Shown: piece after piece, positions 24,085-33,948 of the stretch
Layout: each line of letters starts with the position of its first letter
Position numbering within the stretch: position 1 is the first letter of the stretch
Assembly (NCBI GenBank): GCA_041483195.1
Contig: JBGPFC010000012.1
Location: forward strand, 1-64,000
Length of the DNA stretch: 64,000 nucleotides
Source: Candidatus Eiseniibacteriota bacterium
GTDB taxonomy: Bacteria > Eisenbacteria > RBG-16-71-46
Direction of reading: 5' to 3'
Notes under the pieces: generated by a model
Seen by the model: the letters and a program-made list of their open reading frames with translations, nothing else
Databases searched by the model: none
Told to the model about the DNA's origin: nothing
Position numbers and translations under genes: made by a program

Positions 24085-25164
24085 ATGCAGATCGCATCGC
24101 ATCCCCTCCGGTCCATCGCGGCCGCGCGCGCCAGCGCGATCGCGCTCACGCTCGCGGGCCTCGCTTCGCTCGCCGCGCCGGCGCTCGCGCAGAATCTCAC
24201 GGGGGCCGGCGCCACGTTCCCGTACCCGATCTACTCGAAATGGTTCGACGTGTACCACGAGAAGACCGGGATTCAGATCAACTACCAGTCCATCGGGAGC
24301 GGCGGCGGCATTCAGCAGCTGAAGGCCGAGACCGTCGACTTCGGCGCGAGCGACGCCGCGCTCTCGAACGACCGCCTCAAGGAGATGCCGCGCCGCGTCG
24401 TGCACTTCCCGACGGTGGCGGGCGCGGTCGTGCTCGCCTACAACCTGCCGGGCCTCGCGACCCCCCTCAACCTCACGCCCGATGCGATCGGCGCGATCTA
24501 CATGGGCAAGATCACGGTGTGGAACGACAAGCGGATCGCCGCGGCGAATCCCGGCGTCGCGATTCCCACCGCGCCGATCCTCCCGGTGCACCGCTCGGAC
24601 GGCAGCGGGACCACCAACATCTTCACCACCTACCTCTCGCTGGTGAGCCCGGAGTGGAAGGAGCTGGTGGGCGCGAACACCGCCGTGAGCTGGCCGGCCG
24701 GCGTGGGGGGCAAGGGCAACGAGGGCGTGGCCGGGCTGGTGAAGCAGACGCCGGGCGCGATCGGATACGTCGAGCTGGCGTACGCGAAGCAGAACGAGCT
24801 GCCGGTCGCGCGGGTGCGCAACAAGGCGGGCCAGTTCATCGAGCCGACGCTCGCCTCGACGACCGCCGCGGTGGGGGCGAGCGCCGCGCTGCTCGCGAAG
24901 GACGTGCGCAATCCGATCGCGAACGCGGCGGCGCCCGATGCCTACCCGATCTCGGGGCTCACCTTCCTGCTCGTCTACCAGGACCAGAAGGACGCGGCGC
25001 GCGCGAAGGCGCTCACGGGCTTCATCGCGTGGGCGATGCACGACGGCCAGGAGCTGGCCGCGGCGCTCGACTACGCGCGCCTGCCCGACGCCGTGATCAA
25101 GGTGAACGAGGCCACGCTCCGCACGCTGACCGCGGGCGGCAAGCCGATGGTGGCGGCGAAGTAG
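24085..25164 (+). CDS. pstS: Phosphate-binding protein PstS
   Basis: GAGATFPYPIY, YQSIGSGGG, DFGASD, HRSDGSGTT, GGKGNEGV. Confidence 0.97.
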   Translation: MQIASHPLRSIAAARASAIALTLAGLASLAAPALAQNLTGAGATFPYPIYSKWFDVYHEKTGIQINYQSIGSGGGIQQLKAETVDFGASDAALSNDRLKEMPRRVVHFPTVAGAVVLAYNLPGLATPLNLTPDAIGAIYMGKITVWNDKRIAAANPGVAIPTAPILPVHRSDGSGTTNIFTTYLSLVSPEWKELVGANTAVSWPAGVGGKGNEGVAGLVKQTPGAIGYVELAYAKQNELPVARVRNKAGQFIEPTLASTTAAVGASAALLAKDVRNPIANAAAPDAYPISGLTFLLVYQDQKDAARAKALTGFIAWAMHDGQELAAALDYARLPDAVIKVNEATLRTLTAGGKPMVAAK

Positions 25165-25176
25165 CGCATCGCGATC

Positions 25177-26160
25177 ATGAGCTCCGGTCCCGCCGCCCTG
25201 TTCGCGCCCGCCGCGGCACCCGCGCGCGGCGCGCGCCGCTTCCGCCGGGCCGACGGCGCGTTTCATGGATTGCTCGCGACCCTCGCCGGCCTGGTGTTCG
25301 TGGTGGTGGCGCTGATCGTGATCGAGACCGCGCGCGGGGCGCAGCCATCGATGGCGGCGTTCGGCTGGCGGTTCCTCGTCTCGACCGCGTGGGACCCGGT
25401 GCGCGAGAAATTCGGCGCGCTGCCCTACCTCTACGGCACGCTGGTCTCCTCGGCGCTCGCGCTGCTGCTCGCGCTGCCGCTCGGAATCGGCACCGCGATC
25501 TTCCTCGCCGAGATCGCGCCGCGCGCGCTGGGCGGAGCGGTGTCGTTCGTGGTCGAGTTGCTGGCCTCGATCCCGAGCATCGTCTTCGGGATCTGGGGGC
25601 TGTTCGTGCTCGCGCCGTGGCTCCGCACCGCGATCGAGCCGTGGCTGCTCGCGCACCTCGGCTTCATGCCGCTGTTCACGGGCTTTCCGTTCGGCATCGG
25701 CATGCTGAATGCCGGCATCGTGCTGGCGGTGATGATCGCGCCCACCATCATCTCGCTCTCCCGCGAGATCCTGCTCGCGATGCCGCGCAGCCTGCGCGAG
25801 GCCGCGCTCGCGCTGGGTTCGACCCGCGCCGAGGCGATCGCGGTCACGCTCGACGCCGCGCGCCCCGGCATCCTGGGCGCCGTGATCCTCGCGCTCGGCC
25901 GCGCGCTCGGAGAGACCATGGCGGTGACCATGGTGATCGGCAACACCAACCGCATCTCGGCGTCGCTGCTCGCGCCCGGCTCCACCATGGCGAGCGTGAT
26001 CGCGAACGAGTTCACGGAGGCCACCAGCAGGCTGCACCTTTCGGCGCTGATCGAGATCGCGTTCGTGCTGTTCGGTCTCACCGTGATCGTGAACGCGATC
26101 GCGCGAATGCTCGTGTACTGGGCCACGGGCGCGCGAAGGGACGTGGCCGGTGCGACCTGA
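25177..26160 (+). CDS. pstC: Phosphate ABC permease PstC
   Basis: ELLASIPSIVFGIWG, LGRALGETMAV, IANEF. Confidence 0.96.
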   Translation: MSSGPAALFAPAAAPARGARRFRRADGAFHGLLATLAGLVFVVVALIVIETARGAQPSMAAFGWRFLVSTAWDPVREKFGALPYLYGTLVSSALALLLALPLGIGTAIFLAEIAPRALGGAVSFVVELLASIPSIVFGIWGLFVLAPWLRTAIEPWLLAHLGFMPLFTGFPFGIGMLNAGIVLAVMIAPTIISLSREILLAMPRSLREAALALGSTRAEAIAVTLDAARPGILGAVILALGRALGETMAVTMVIGNTNRISASLLAPGSTMASVIANEFTEATSRLHLSALIEIAFVLFGLTVIVNAIARMLVYWATGARRDVAGAT

Positions 26161-27061
26161 GATCCCGGCGCCGCCCGCCGCGGGACGCACGTCAGCCCCG
26201 GCTCCTGCCGCGCTCCCGGCCGGCCGTCCCGCGCTCCGCCGCCGCGCGTGGAACGCGGCGTGCGTCGCGGCCTGCGCGCTCTCGGCCGCGATCATCCTCG
26301 TGCCGCTCGCGCTGATCGTGTGGCATCTGCTCGCGAAGGGGCTGCCGGCGCTCAACCTGTCGTTCTTCATCCACATGCCGAAGCCGGTCGGCGAGCCGGG
26401 CGGCGGCATGGCGAACGCGATCGTCGGCACGCTGATCCTGATCGGGATCGGCGCGGCGATCGCGGTGCCGGTGGGGGTGGGCAGCGGGCTCTACCTCGCC
26501 GAGTACGGACACGGCGCCTTCGGCGGAATCGTGCGCTACACCACCGACCTGCTGAGCGGCGTGCCGTCGATCGTGGTGGGCGTCGCGGCCTACGCGCTGG
26601 TGGTGCTGCCGATGGGGCACTTCTCCGCGCTCGCGGGCGGCATCGCCCTCGGCATTCTCATGCTGCCCACCATCATCCGCTCGACCGAGGAGGTGGTGCG
26701 GCTGGTTCCGCAGTCGTACCGCCAGGCCGCGCTCGCGCTCGGCGCCCCGCGCTGGAAGGTGGCGCAGCAGGTGGTGCTGCCCGCCGCCGCCGCCGGGATC
26801 GCGACCGCCAGCATGCTCGCGCTCGCGCGCGCCGCCGGCGAGACCGCGCCGCTGCTGTTCACGGCGCTCGGCAACCGATTCTGGTCGGTCGCGATCGACC
26901 AGCCGATTGCGTCGCTGCCGGTCTTCATCTACGACTATGCGCGCGCGCCGTACGACGACTGGAACCGGCAGGCCTGGACGGCGGCGCTGGTGCTGCTCAT
27001 GCTGGTGACCGTGATCTCGGCGCTGCTGCGCCTGACGACGCGGCGCATCCCGCGAGGCTGA
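26150..27061 (+). CDS. pstA: Phosphate ABC permease PstA
   Basis: [31 protein letters not shown]. Confidence 0.96.
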   Translation: MRPEIPAPPAAGRTSAPAPAALPAGRPALRRRAWNAACVAACALSAAIILVPLALIVWHLLAKGLPALNLSFFIHMPKPVGEPGGGMANAIVGTLILIGIGAAIAVPVGVGSGLYLAEYGHGAFGGIVRYTTDLLSGVPSIVVGVAAYALVVLPMGHFSALAGGIALGILMLPTIIRSTEEVVRLVPQSYRQAALALGAPRWKVAQQVVLPAAAAGIATASMLALARAAGETAPLLFTALGNRFWSVAIDQPIASLPVFIYDYARAPYDDWNRQAWTAALVLLMLVTVISALLRLTTRRIPRG

Positions 27062-27065
27062 TCGC

Positions 27066-27947
27066 ATGGAGGACATCGGGCAGATGAGCGTGCCGGCCTC
27101 TGGCCTCGAGCCGCAGGGCGAACCGCGCGAGCGCGCGCCCGCGCTCCGCACCGCGGCGCCGGCGCAACGCGCCGCGACCGGCACCCCCGGCGCGCGGGCG
27201 CGGCTCGAGACCCGAGACCTCGATCTCTTCTACGGCAGCCATCACGCGCTCAAGCAGGTCACGCTCGCGATCCCGGATCACAGCATCACCGCGATCATCG
27301 GCCCATCGGGCTGCGGCAAGAGCACGCTGCTGCGCGCCTTCAACCGCATGAACGACCTGATCGCGGGGGTGCGCACCTTGGGATCGGTGCGCGTCTCCGA
27401 CCTCGACGTGCTCGCGCCATCGACCGACGTGGTCGAGCTGCGGCGCCGGGTGGGCATGGTGTTCCAGCGCCCCAATCCGTTTCCGAAATCGATCTTCGAC
27501 AACGTCGCGTTCGGGCTCCGCCTGCTCGGGCCCCGCGGCCGCCTGGAGCTCGAGGCGCGGGTCGAGGCGAGCCTCAAGAGCGCGGCGCTGTGGGACGAGG
27601 TGAAGGACCGGCTCTCGCGTTCCGCGCTCCAGCTTTCCGGCGGCCAGCAGCAGCGGCTCTGCATCGCGCGCTGCCTCGCGGTCGAGCCCGAGGTCATCCT
27701 CATGGACGAGCCGGCCTCGGCGCTCGACCCCACCGCGACCGCGCGCATCGAGGAGCTGGCGCTCGAGCTCAAGCGGCGTTACACCATCGTGGTCGTCACG
27801 CACAACATGCAGCAGGCCGCGCGCATCTCGGATCAGACCGCGTTCATGCTGAACGGCGAGCTGATCGAGCACGGCGAGACCCGCCGACTGTTCACCAGCC
27901 CGGCCAGGAAGGTCACAGAGGACTACATCACCGGCCGCTTCGGCTGA
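27066..27947 (+). CDS. pstB: Phosphate ABC ATPase PstB
   Basis: [36 protein letters not shown]. Confidence 0.97.
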   Translation: MEDIGQMSVPASGLEPQGEPRERAPALRTAAPAQRAATGTPGARARLETRDLDLFYGSHHALKQVTLAIPDHSITAIIGPSGCGKSTLLRAFNRMNDLIAGVRTLGSVRVSDLDVLAPSTDVVELRRRVGMVFQRPNPFPKSIFDNVAFGLRLLGPRGRLELEARVEASLKSAALWDEVKDRLSRSALQLSGGQQQRLCIARCLAVEPEVILMDEPASALDPTATARIEELALELKRRYTIVVVTHNMQQAARISDQTAFMLNGELIEHGETRRLFTSPARKVTEDYITGRFG

Positions 27948-27976
27948 TCGCGCGCTGGCGGAAAGGAATCACCGAC

Positions 27977-28666
27977 GTGGAACGTCACTTCGAGCGCGAG
28001 CTCGAGCTGCTCAAGGAGCAGCTGCTGCTGATGGGCGGCCGCGCCGAGAACATCGTGCGCAAATCGATCGAGGCGCTGCGCCGCCGCGACGCCGCGATGG
28101 CGGAGGCGGTGCTCGCCGACGACAAGGCGATCGACCGGCTCGAGATCGACATCGAGGAGCGCTGCGTGCGGCTGCTCGCCCTGCAGCAGCCGCTCGCCAC
28201 CGACCTGCGGTTCATCACCGCCGCGCTCAAGATCTCGAACGATCTCGAGCGCGTCGGCGATCACGCGGTCAACATCGCGGGCGGCGTGCTGCGGCTCACC
28301 GGCCAGCCGCTGCTGAAGCCGCTGGTGGACATTCCGCGCATGGCCGAGCTCTCCTCCGCCATGCTGCACGAGGCGCTCGACGACTTCGTGCGGCGCGACG
28401 CCGAAGGCGCGCGCAAGCTGGTGCGCCGCGACGACGAGGTGGACCAGCTCAACGACCAGGTGTTCCGCGAGCTGCTGAGCTACATGATCGAGGACCCATC
28501 GACCATCACGCGCGCGATGGAGCTGGTGCTGGTCGCGCGCAACCTCGAGCGGGTCGCCGACCTCGCGACCAACGTGGCCGAGGAGGTCGTGTTCATCGCC
28601 GAGGCGCGCATCATCAAGCACCACGCCGAGGAATCGGCCGCGGGGGACGACTTCGGGCGATCGTAG
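27977..28666 (+). CDS. phoU: Phosphate signalling protein PhoU
   Basis: QQPLATDLR, DLERVGDHAVN, NLERVADLATN; GTG start with AAGGA RBS. Confidence 0.96.
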   Translation: MERHFERELELLKEQLLLMGGRAENIVRKSIEALRRRDAAMAEAVLADDKAIDRLEIDIEERCVRLLALQQPLATDLRFITAALKISNDLERVGDHAVNIAGGVLRLTGQPLLKPLVDIPRMAELSSAMLHEALDDFVRRDAEGARKLVRRDDEVDQLNDQVFRELLSYMIEDPSTITRAMELVLVARNLERVADLATNVAEEVVFIAEARIIKHHAEESAAGDDFGRS

Positions 28667-28704
28667 TAGGATCGCGGGCGGTCCAGGCCGTCCGCGGAGA
28701 AACC

Positions 28705-29868
28705 CTGCACGTCCGTTTCCTTCGCCCGACGCTGATCGCCGCGCCGGCGCTGGCGCTGCTCGTCCCCGCGCTGCTCGCGACGCCCGCGCATCCGCTCCCG
28801 CTGTTCTCCCGCGATCGCGACCAGGCCTGCGAAGCTTGCCACGAGGTCGTGCCGCGGTTGAACCGCGACGGAGCCGAGTTCCGGCGGAACGGGTATCGCG
28901 CGCCGGGCGAAGCCGGCGTGGCGCCGCGCGTGCTGCCGTTCTCGTTGATCGCGACTTTCGGCGCCACGGCGTGGCGCGCCGATACCGCCGCCGCGCCCGG
29001 CGGACGCGCGCGCTCGAGCGAGACCGCGTTCGAGCAGCAGGCGCTCGAGCTGCACAGCGCGGGCACGCTCGCCCGCAACGTGTCGTATCACGCGTCGGTG
29101 GCCGCCGACGGCGACCGCGGAACCATTCGCGCCGGCGAGACGTTCGTCCAGCTCGACGACCTCGCACGCGGCGGTGCGCTCAACCTCCGCGCGGGCGTCT
29201 TCGATGTCGAGCTGCCGTTCCTCTCGAACGCGCGCCGCACCACGGTTCGGCGCTACCTCGCGCCCGTCACCCTCGATGCCCACGGGCTCGAGCTGAACGA
29301 CGCGAGGCCCGGCTGGACATACGGCACCGGCCTCATCAACAGCCAGCGCGCGGCCACCAGCCTTTCGCCGGGCGGCAGGGCGCTGAACCGGCTCGAGGAC
29401 AAGTACCTGTGGGTGGTGCGCGACGCCGGCGAAGCGCAGCTCGCCGCGCGCATGCTCTTCGGCCGGCAGGACTCGAACCTGCCGAGCCTGCCGTGGATGC
29501 AGCACCTGCAGGCGACGGCGGGCGCGTCGCTCGCGCTGCAACGCATGCTGCTCACGACGGCCTACGTGCTCGATCGCTTCGACGACCGGCCCGCCGCCGG
29601 CATTCACCAGCGGCATCAGTACACGCTGCTCGAGGCGCTGGTGCCGCTGGAGAGCGCGCAACGCTGGGCGCTCACCGCGCGGATCGAGCACGATTGCACG
29701 ACGAAGACGGTGCTCACGCGGGAGGAGGATCGCAACCTCGAGGTGGTGAACGTGGGCTGCTTCACCAGTCCGAACACACGGATCGAGGTCGAGGTCGCGC
29801 ACGGCGGCGACAACGTCGGAGGCCCGCGGGTGGACGAGGTGAGCGCGGGCGTCCAGATCAGCTATTGA
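28705..29868 (+). CDS. Cyc2-like fused monoheme cytochrome c-porin (probable CTG start)
   Basis: In-frame upstream extension of track ORF 28849: signal peptide, then LPLFSRDRDQACEACHEVVPRLNRDGAEFRRNGY (CxxCH, PxL), beta-strand body, C-terminal VQISY. Confidence 0.75.
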   Translation: MHVRFLRPTLIAAPALALLVPALLATPAHPLPLFSRDRDQACEACHEVVPRLNRDGAEFRRNGYRAPGEAGVAPRVLPFSLIATFGATAWRADTAAAPGGRARSSETAFEQQALELHSAGTLARNVSYHASVAADGDRGTIRAGETFVQLDDLARGGALNLRAGVFDVELPFLSNARRTTVRRYLAPVTLDAHGLELNDARPGWTYGTGLINSQRAATSLSPGGRALNRLEDKYLWVVRDAGEAQLAARMLFGRQDSNLPSLPWMQHLQATAGASLALQRMLLTTAYVLDRFDDRPAAGIHQRHQYTLLEALVPLESAQRWALTARIEHDCTTKTVLTREEDRNLEVVNVGCFTSPNTRIEVEVAHGGDNVGGPRVDEVSAGVQISY

Positions 29869-29946
29869 GTGCGCCGCGGGGCCGCGGCTGCGCGCGGAGG
29901 TCCACGCGGCTTCATTTCGCGCCGCCCCGGACCGATAACCGCGAGC

Positions 29947-30417
29947 ATGAGGCTTCGCGTCTTTCCATGGGCCGCGCTCCTGCTGCTGTCGGGGTCCGCC
30001 GACCGCGCATGCGCCGCGCCGGCCTTCGAGCGACCGCCGGCCCAGGTGCGGGTTCAGCTCATCGACCTGCTGAACCTCGCGCGCCCGATCGTGGGGCGAG
30101 CCAGCGCCCGATCCGACTGGAGCCGGAGCGTGCCGCTGGAGCGCGACCGCGATTGGACCGTGGTGCGGTTCGAAGTGCGCGAATCGGGCACCGGACTGTT
30201 TCTCGAAGTCGATGGCCAGGCGCAGTTCGAGGGCGCCGAGATCTGGTTCGCCGACGGCGAGGTGCGCACCATCGACCTGCGTTCCAGCATCCGCGGCGAC
30301 GGGCTGTTCGAGCTGGCGGATTTCGGAGCCGCGCGCGAGGTGTCGCGCGTCCGCCTCGAGGTGCGCGCGCGCAGCGCGAGGGCCCGGGTGGGACTGCGGC
30401 TCGGCCGGCAGCCATGA
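29947..30417 (+). CDS. Secreted hypothetical beta-rich protein
   Basis: Signal peptide MRLRVFPWAALLLLSG, alternating beta strands. Confidence 0.65.
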   Translation: MRLRVFPWAALLLLSGSADRACAAPAFERPPAQVRVQLIDLLNLARPIVGRASARSDWSRSVPLERDRDWTVVRFEVRESGTGLFLEVDGQAQFEGAEIWFADGEVRTIDLRSSIRGDGLFELADFGAAREVSRVRLEVRARSARARVGLRLGRQP

Positions 30418-30457
30418 ATTTCCGCGGGACCATCCGCGGCCGCGGCGGATCGCCCGG

Positions 30458-31132
30458 TCAGTCGTCCGTGCTGTAGATCTTGAATCTGCCCTTGCGCTCG
30501 GCGACCGAGCGCAGCCATCGCTGCCGCTCGACCTCGCCGAGATCGTTGCGCGTGACCAGCACCAGACGGTTGTGGAGTCTGAAATTCCGGTAGCGCGCGA
30601 TCGTGTCGCCCTCGAAACGCACGAACTCGCAGTAGTGTCCGCCGTTGTCCCGCAGTGCGTGCATGCAACCCGCGTGGAGCCGGGCCCAGAGAATCTTCCA
30701 GGCGTCCACCCACGTGAGCCCGACGGCGGGACGGCTCTGGGGAAACTCGCGCCACAGGATGTCGCGGAACTCGCCATCTGTGATGCACAACCCCAGCAGC
30801 GAGTCGCGCTCCCCGTGGTGCAGCGCGCGACACACCGAGCGCCCCAGATCATCGAGGCTGCGCGCGCCGCCCTTGAACGGCCCGCCAACCCGCGGCGCGT
30901 TGAGTCTGCGGCCGGTGCGCTCCGACGACGACTCCGGATCGGCCGGCGGGTAGTAGCCCGGAGAATCCTTCACGGAGGCGACGTGTCGTCGCGCGGCGGT
31001 ATCGGGGGGCGCGGCCTCCCGGGCGGCGACCATGGAGGCCGCGAGCAAGCCGGCCAGCGCCCCCAGCAACAGCATGGCCGCCGGGGCGCGAATGCCGCGC
31101 GGCCTCGCGCGCCGCGCCGTTCGCGCGCTCAC
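30458..31132 (-). CDS. Exported hypothetical protein
   Basis: GTG overlapping the TonB receptor stop (GTGA), hydrophobic leader, globular domain EFRDILWREFPQSRP...GRFKIYSTDD. Confidence 0.7.
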   Translation of the reverse strand: MSARTARRARPRGIRAPAAMLLLGALAGLLAASMVAAREAAPPDTAARRHVASVKDSPGYYPPADPESSSERTGRRLNAPRVGGPFKGGARSLDDLGRSVCRALHHGERDSLLGLCITDGEFRDILWREFPQSRPAVGLTWVDAWKILWARLHAGCMHALRDNGGHYCEFVRFEGDTIARYRNFRLHNRLVLVTRNDLGEVERQRWLRSVAERKGRFKIYSTDD

Positions 31133-33948
31133 GAGCCGTAGGAGAGGGCGACCGAGAAGCTGCGCCCGGTGCGGTACCCCAACACCTCCTTGCCGCGCTG
31201 AAGCTCCTGGATCTTCGGATCGAGCAGATTCTTGGCCGACAGCTTCACGCGGGATCTCCTGAGCAGGGTGAAGTTCATCGTCGCGTCGAGGCTGGTGCTG
31301 GGTTGTTCGTAGATGTCCGGGAGCACATAGGGTCCGAGCGCGCGCAGGCGCCGGCCGACCGCGCCCAGTAGAATCGCCATGTCCGTGCGCCCGCCGGCGG
31401 CCGCATAGCTCAGGGCGGCGTTCACGAGGTAATCGGCCTGGCCCTGCAAGGGGTGCCGCTGCGAGCCGGTCGACGTGATCAGGGGATTGAGCCGCACCTC
31501 GGATGAGATGAACGACGCGTTGGTATTGAGCGAGAAGCGCTTCAGCCCGCGCCACAACCGGCCCAGCCCGGCACGCGCCTCGAGCTCGACGCCCGCGTTG
31601 TGACCGAGCCCGGAGTTCTCTGGCGTCAGGTCGAGCGGAGTATCGGCCGTGATGACCTGCTCGATCGGCTGGTGGAGCCGCTTGTAGAAGAAGCCGGCGG
31701 CCAGCACCTCGGAGAGCGCGGGAAACGCCTCGAACCTCACGTCGTAGTTGTCGATGAGCGCCCGCTTGAGAAGCGGATTGCCCTGGATCCGCATCCCGCC
31801 CACGTATTCGAGGAACGGCCTCGGGGAAAGTTCGTTGAGGTCGGGCCGCGAGAGCGTCCGGCTCGCGGCGAGCCGGAGGTTGAGCGCCTTCGCGATCTCG
31901 AACGTGAGGTTTCCGGAGGGCAGCCAGTCCGCGTTGTCGAGCTCTCCCTTCGATGTGACGCGGGCCGGGGTCCTCGTTTCGAAGCTGAAGCTCCTCACGT
32001 CCTGGAAACCGCGTTCCTTGCGAATGCCGAGGTTGCCGCGCGCGCGCCTCCCGAACGGAAGATCGACGCTCACGAACCACGCGGTCACGCGCTGACTCGC
32101 CCGGTAGTTGTCGTCGGGGAGCGTGGATTCCGCCACCGTGGTGTGATCGAAGATCTGTTCAGGGGGCGCGGACGAGCCATAGCTGTCGTCGGGAATGGCG
32201 AAGTCGAATCGGCGGTAGGAGTCGCGGCGCTCCTTGGACTGGCGGTCGACGCCGAGCACCACTTTGCCGCTCCCGAGCGGGCCCAGCCGGTAGGGCGCCG
32301 CGCCGCTGGCCGTCGTGCCCCATCCGTTCTCGAGCAGGTCGCCGAACTCGCGCCTGCCCAGGGAACCGATCGCCCAGTGGCCGCCGATCCCATTCCCGCT
32401 GGCATCGACGTCGTCGTACCGGTAATCGTAGGTCGTCTCGCGGCGATCGGGCTGCCGGCGCCGCGCCCTCGAACGGGTGAACCTCCAGTCGAGGCTGGCT
32501 CCGAGGAGGTGGGAAAACTCGTTCTTTCCCTCGACCGTCCCCGAGAGAATGTTCCGCTGCACGTACATGAGCCGCGTGTTGCGGTGGATGAGGGGCCCGC
32601 CGGTCAGCGGCTCGACCAGATTGAAGTCCGGGCCCTGATAGATGCGCACCTCGTCATCGGCGCTGTTGGTGTAGAGGCCGCGAAGATGCAGCGAGTGGCG
32701 CGGAGAGAGGCGATAGCTCAGGCCGGAGACGCCGCCGAGTTGGACCGACTCCTTGAAGCGGCTGACGGCGTAGTCGTAGATCGGGTGGTCGAACGTGCCT
32801 TGAAACAGCTGCTGGCGTTCGTCCTGGTGGTCGAAGGAGCGGGACAGGCTCCACGACTCGATCAGCCCGAGCGGCCTGCCGAACAGCTTGAACTCGTCCC
32901 CGAAGGAGGCCGAGTACCCGGCGTTCGGAATCGTTCGAGACGAGGTGGGCGACCAGACGTTCGAGAACGACTTTCCGATGGAGGCCGGCGTCTTCCTCGG
33001 GTCGAGCTTGCGATCGGGGGCGAGCATGGTGATCGGGTCCGGGATCTTCCGGGCGTCCGCGCCGAATCCGAAGAGGTCCGCCCGCGTCGATGCGTAGGTC
33101 TGCCGACCACGAAACGTCGTGCCGTCCGCATCGCCCTGGGCGATGGAGAACGACCACATGCGAGCGCCCGGAAAATCCTTGGTCCTCACCTGAACGTCTC
33201 CGCCGCCGAATTCTCCAGGCCGGTCCGCCGTGTATGTCTTCTGGACCACGATGTTCTCGAGCAGATTGGCGGGCAGGAGGTCCAACGCAACGACGCGCTT
33301 GTTCTGCTCGGGGCTCGCGACGCGAACGCCGTCCACCTCGGTCGAGCTGTACCGTTCCCCGAGGCCCCGGACGAACACGTACTTTCCGTCCGAGACCGAG
33401 AGCCCGGTGACGCGCCGCAGCACCTCCGCGGCATCCTTGTCCGGCGACCTGCGCATCTGCTCGGAGCTGACGGCGTCGGTCAGCGATGCGGACTTCCTTC
33501 GAGCGGCCAGCATCGAGGTCTCGGTGTTCTGTCTCGCCCTGGCCTCGACCACGATCTCCTTCTGCTGGATCGCCTCCGGCGTCAGGGCGGCGCCGAATGG
33601 CAGCAACGCGCCCGCCTCGAGGACGATGCCCTCGATGCGCTTGCTCGCGTAGGAGAGCGCGCGCATCTGCAGCGCATAGCGACCGGGTGCGGCCTCGAGC
33701 AGGAACGTGCCGTCGGCGTTCGTCATTCCGCCCACGCGCTTCATGGTCGTGTCTGCGGGAATCAGCAGGACGTCTGCGAATCCGAGCGGCTCACCCGAGT
33801 CCGTCGCGACGACCCGGCCCTGGAGCTTGCCGGTCGTGGCCGCGGAGGCCGGCGGTAATCCGGCGAACACGAGCGCCAGCGTCAAGCCGGCCGCCCACGC
33901 ACGCTGGCGAGGGCGAGCCGGCTCGTGCCCGGGAGCGATTCCGATCAA
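31129..33948 (-). CDS. TonB-dependent receptor with N-terminal carboxypeptidase-regulatory-like domain
   Basis: TNADGTFLL, plug LRRVTGLSVSDGKYVFVRGLGERY, GNPLLK, NLLDP, C-terminal SFSVALSY. Confidence 0.93.
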   Translation of the reverse strand: MIGIAPGHEPARPRQRAWAAGLTLALVFAGLPPASAATTGKLQGRVVATDSGEPLGFADVLLIPADTTMKRVGGMTNADGTFLLEAAPGRYALQMRALSYASKRIEGIVLEAGALLPFGAALTPEAIQQKEIVVEARARQNTETSMLAARRKSASLTDAVSSEQMRRSPDKDAAEVLRRVTGLSVSDGKYVFVRGLGERYSSTEVDGVRVASPEQNKRVVALDLLPANLLENIVVQKTYTADRPGEFGGGDVQVRTKDFPGARMWSFSIAQGDADGTTFRGRQTYASTRADLFGFGADARKIPDPITMLAPDRKLDPRKTPASIGKSFSNVWSPTSSRTIPNAGYSASFGDEFKLFGRPLGLIESWSLSRSFDHQDERQQLFQGTFDHPIYDYAVSRFKESVQLGGVSGLSYRLSPRHSLHLRGLYTNSADDEVRIYQGPDFNLVEPLTGGPLIHRNTRLMYVQRNILSGTVEGKNEFSHLLGASLDWRFTRSRARRRQPDRRETTYDYRYDDVDASGNGIGGHWAIGSLGRREFGDLLENGWGTTASGAAPYRLGPLGSGKVVLGVDRQSKERRDSYRRFDFAIPDDSYGSSAPPEQIFDHTTVAESTLPDDNYRASQRVTAWFVSVDLPFGRRARGNLGIRKERGFQDVRSFSFETRTPARVTSKGELDNADWLPSGNLTFEIAKALNLRLAASRTLSRPDLNELSPRPFLEYVGGMRIQGNPLLKRALIDNYDVRFEAFPALSEVLAAGFFYKRLHQPIEQVITADTPLDLTPENSGLGHNAGVELEARAGLGRLWRGLKRFSLNTNASFISSEVRLNPLITSTGSQRHPLQGQADYLVNAALSYAAAGGRTDMAILLGAVGRRLRALGPYVLPDIYEQPSTSLDATMNFTLLRRSRVKLSAKNLLDPKIQELQRGKEVLGYRTGRSFSVALSYGS

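Noticed and set aside
22228..25164. 978-aa PstS fusion
   Set aside because: Real start at 24085 with RBS and signal peptide; the upstream part is off-frame of the porin.
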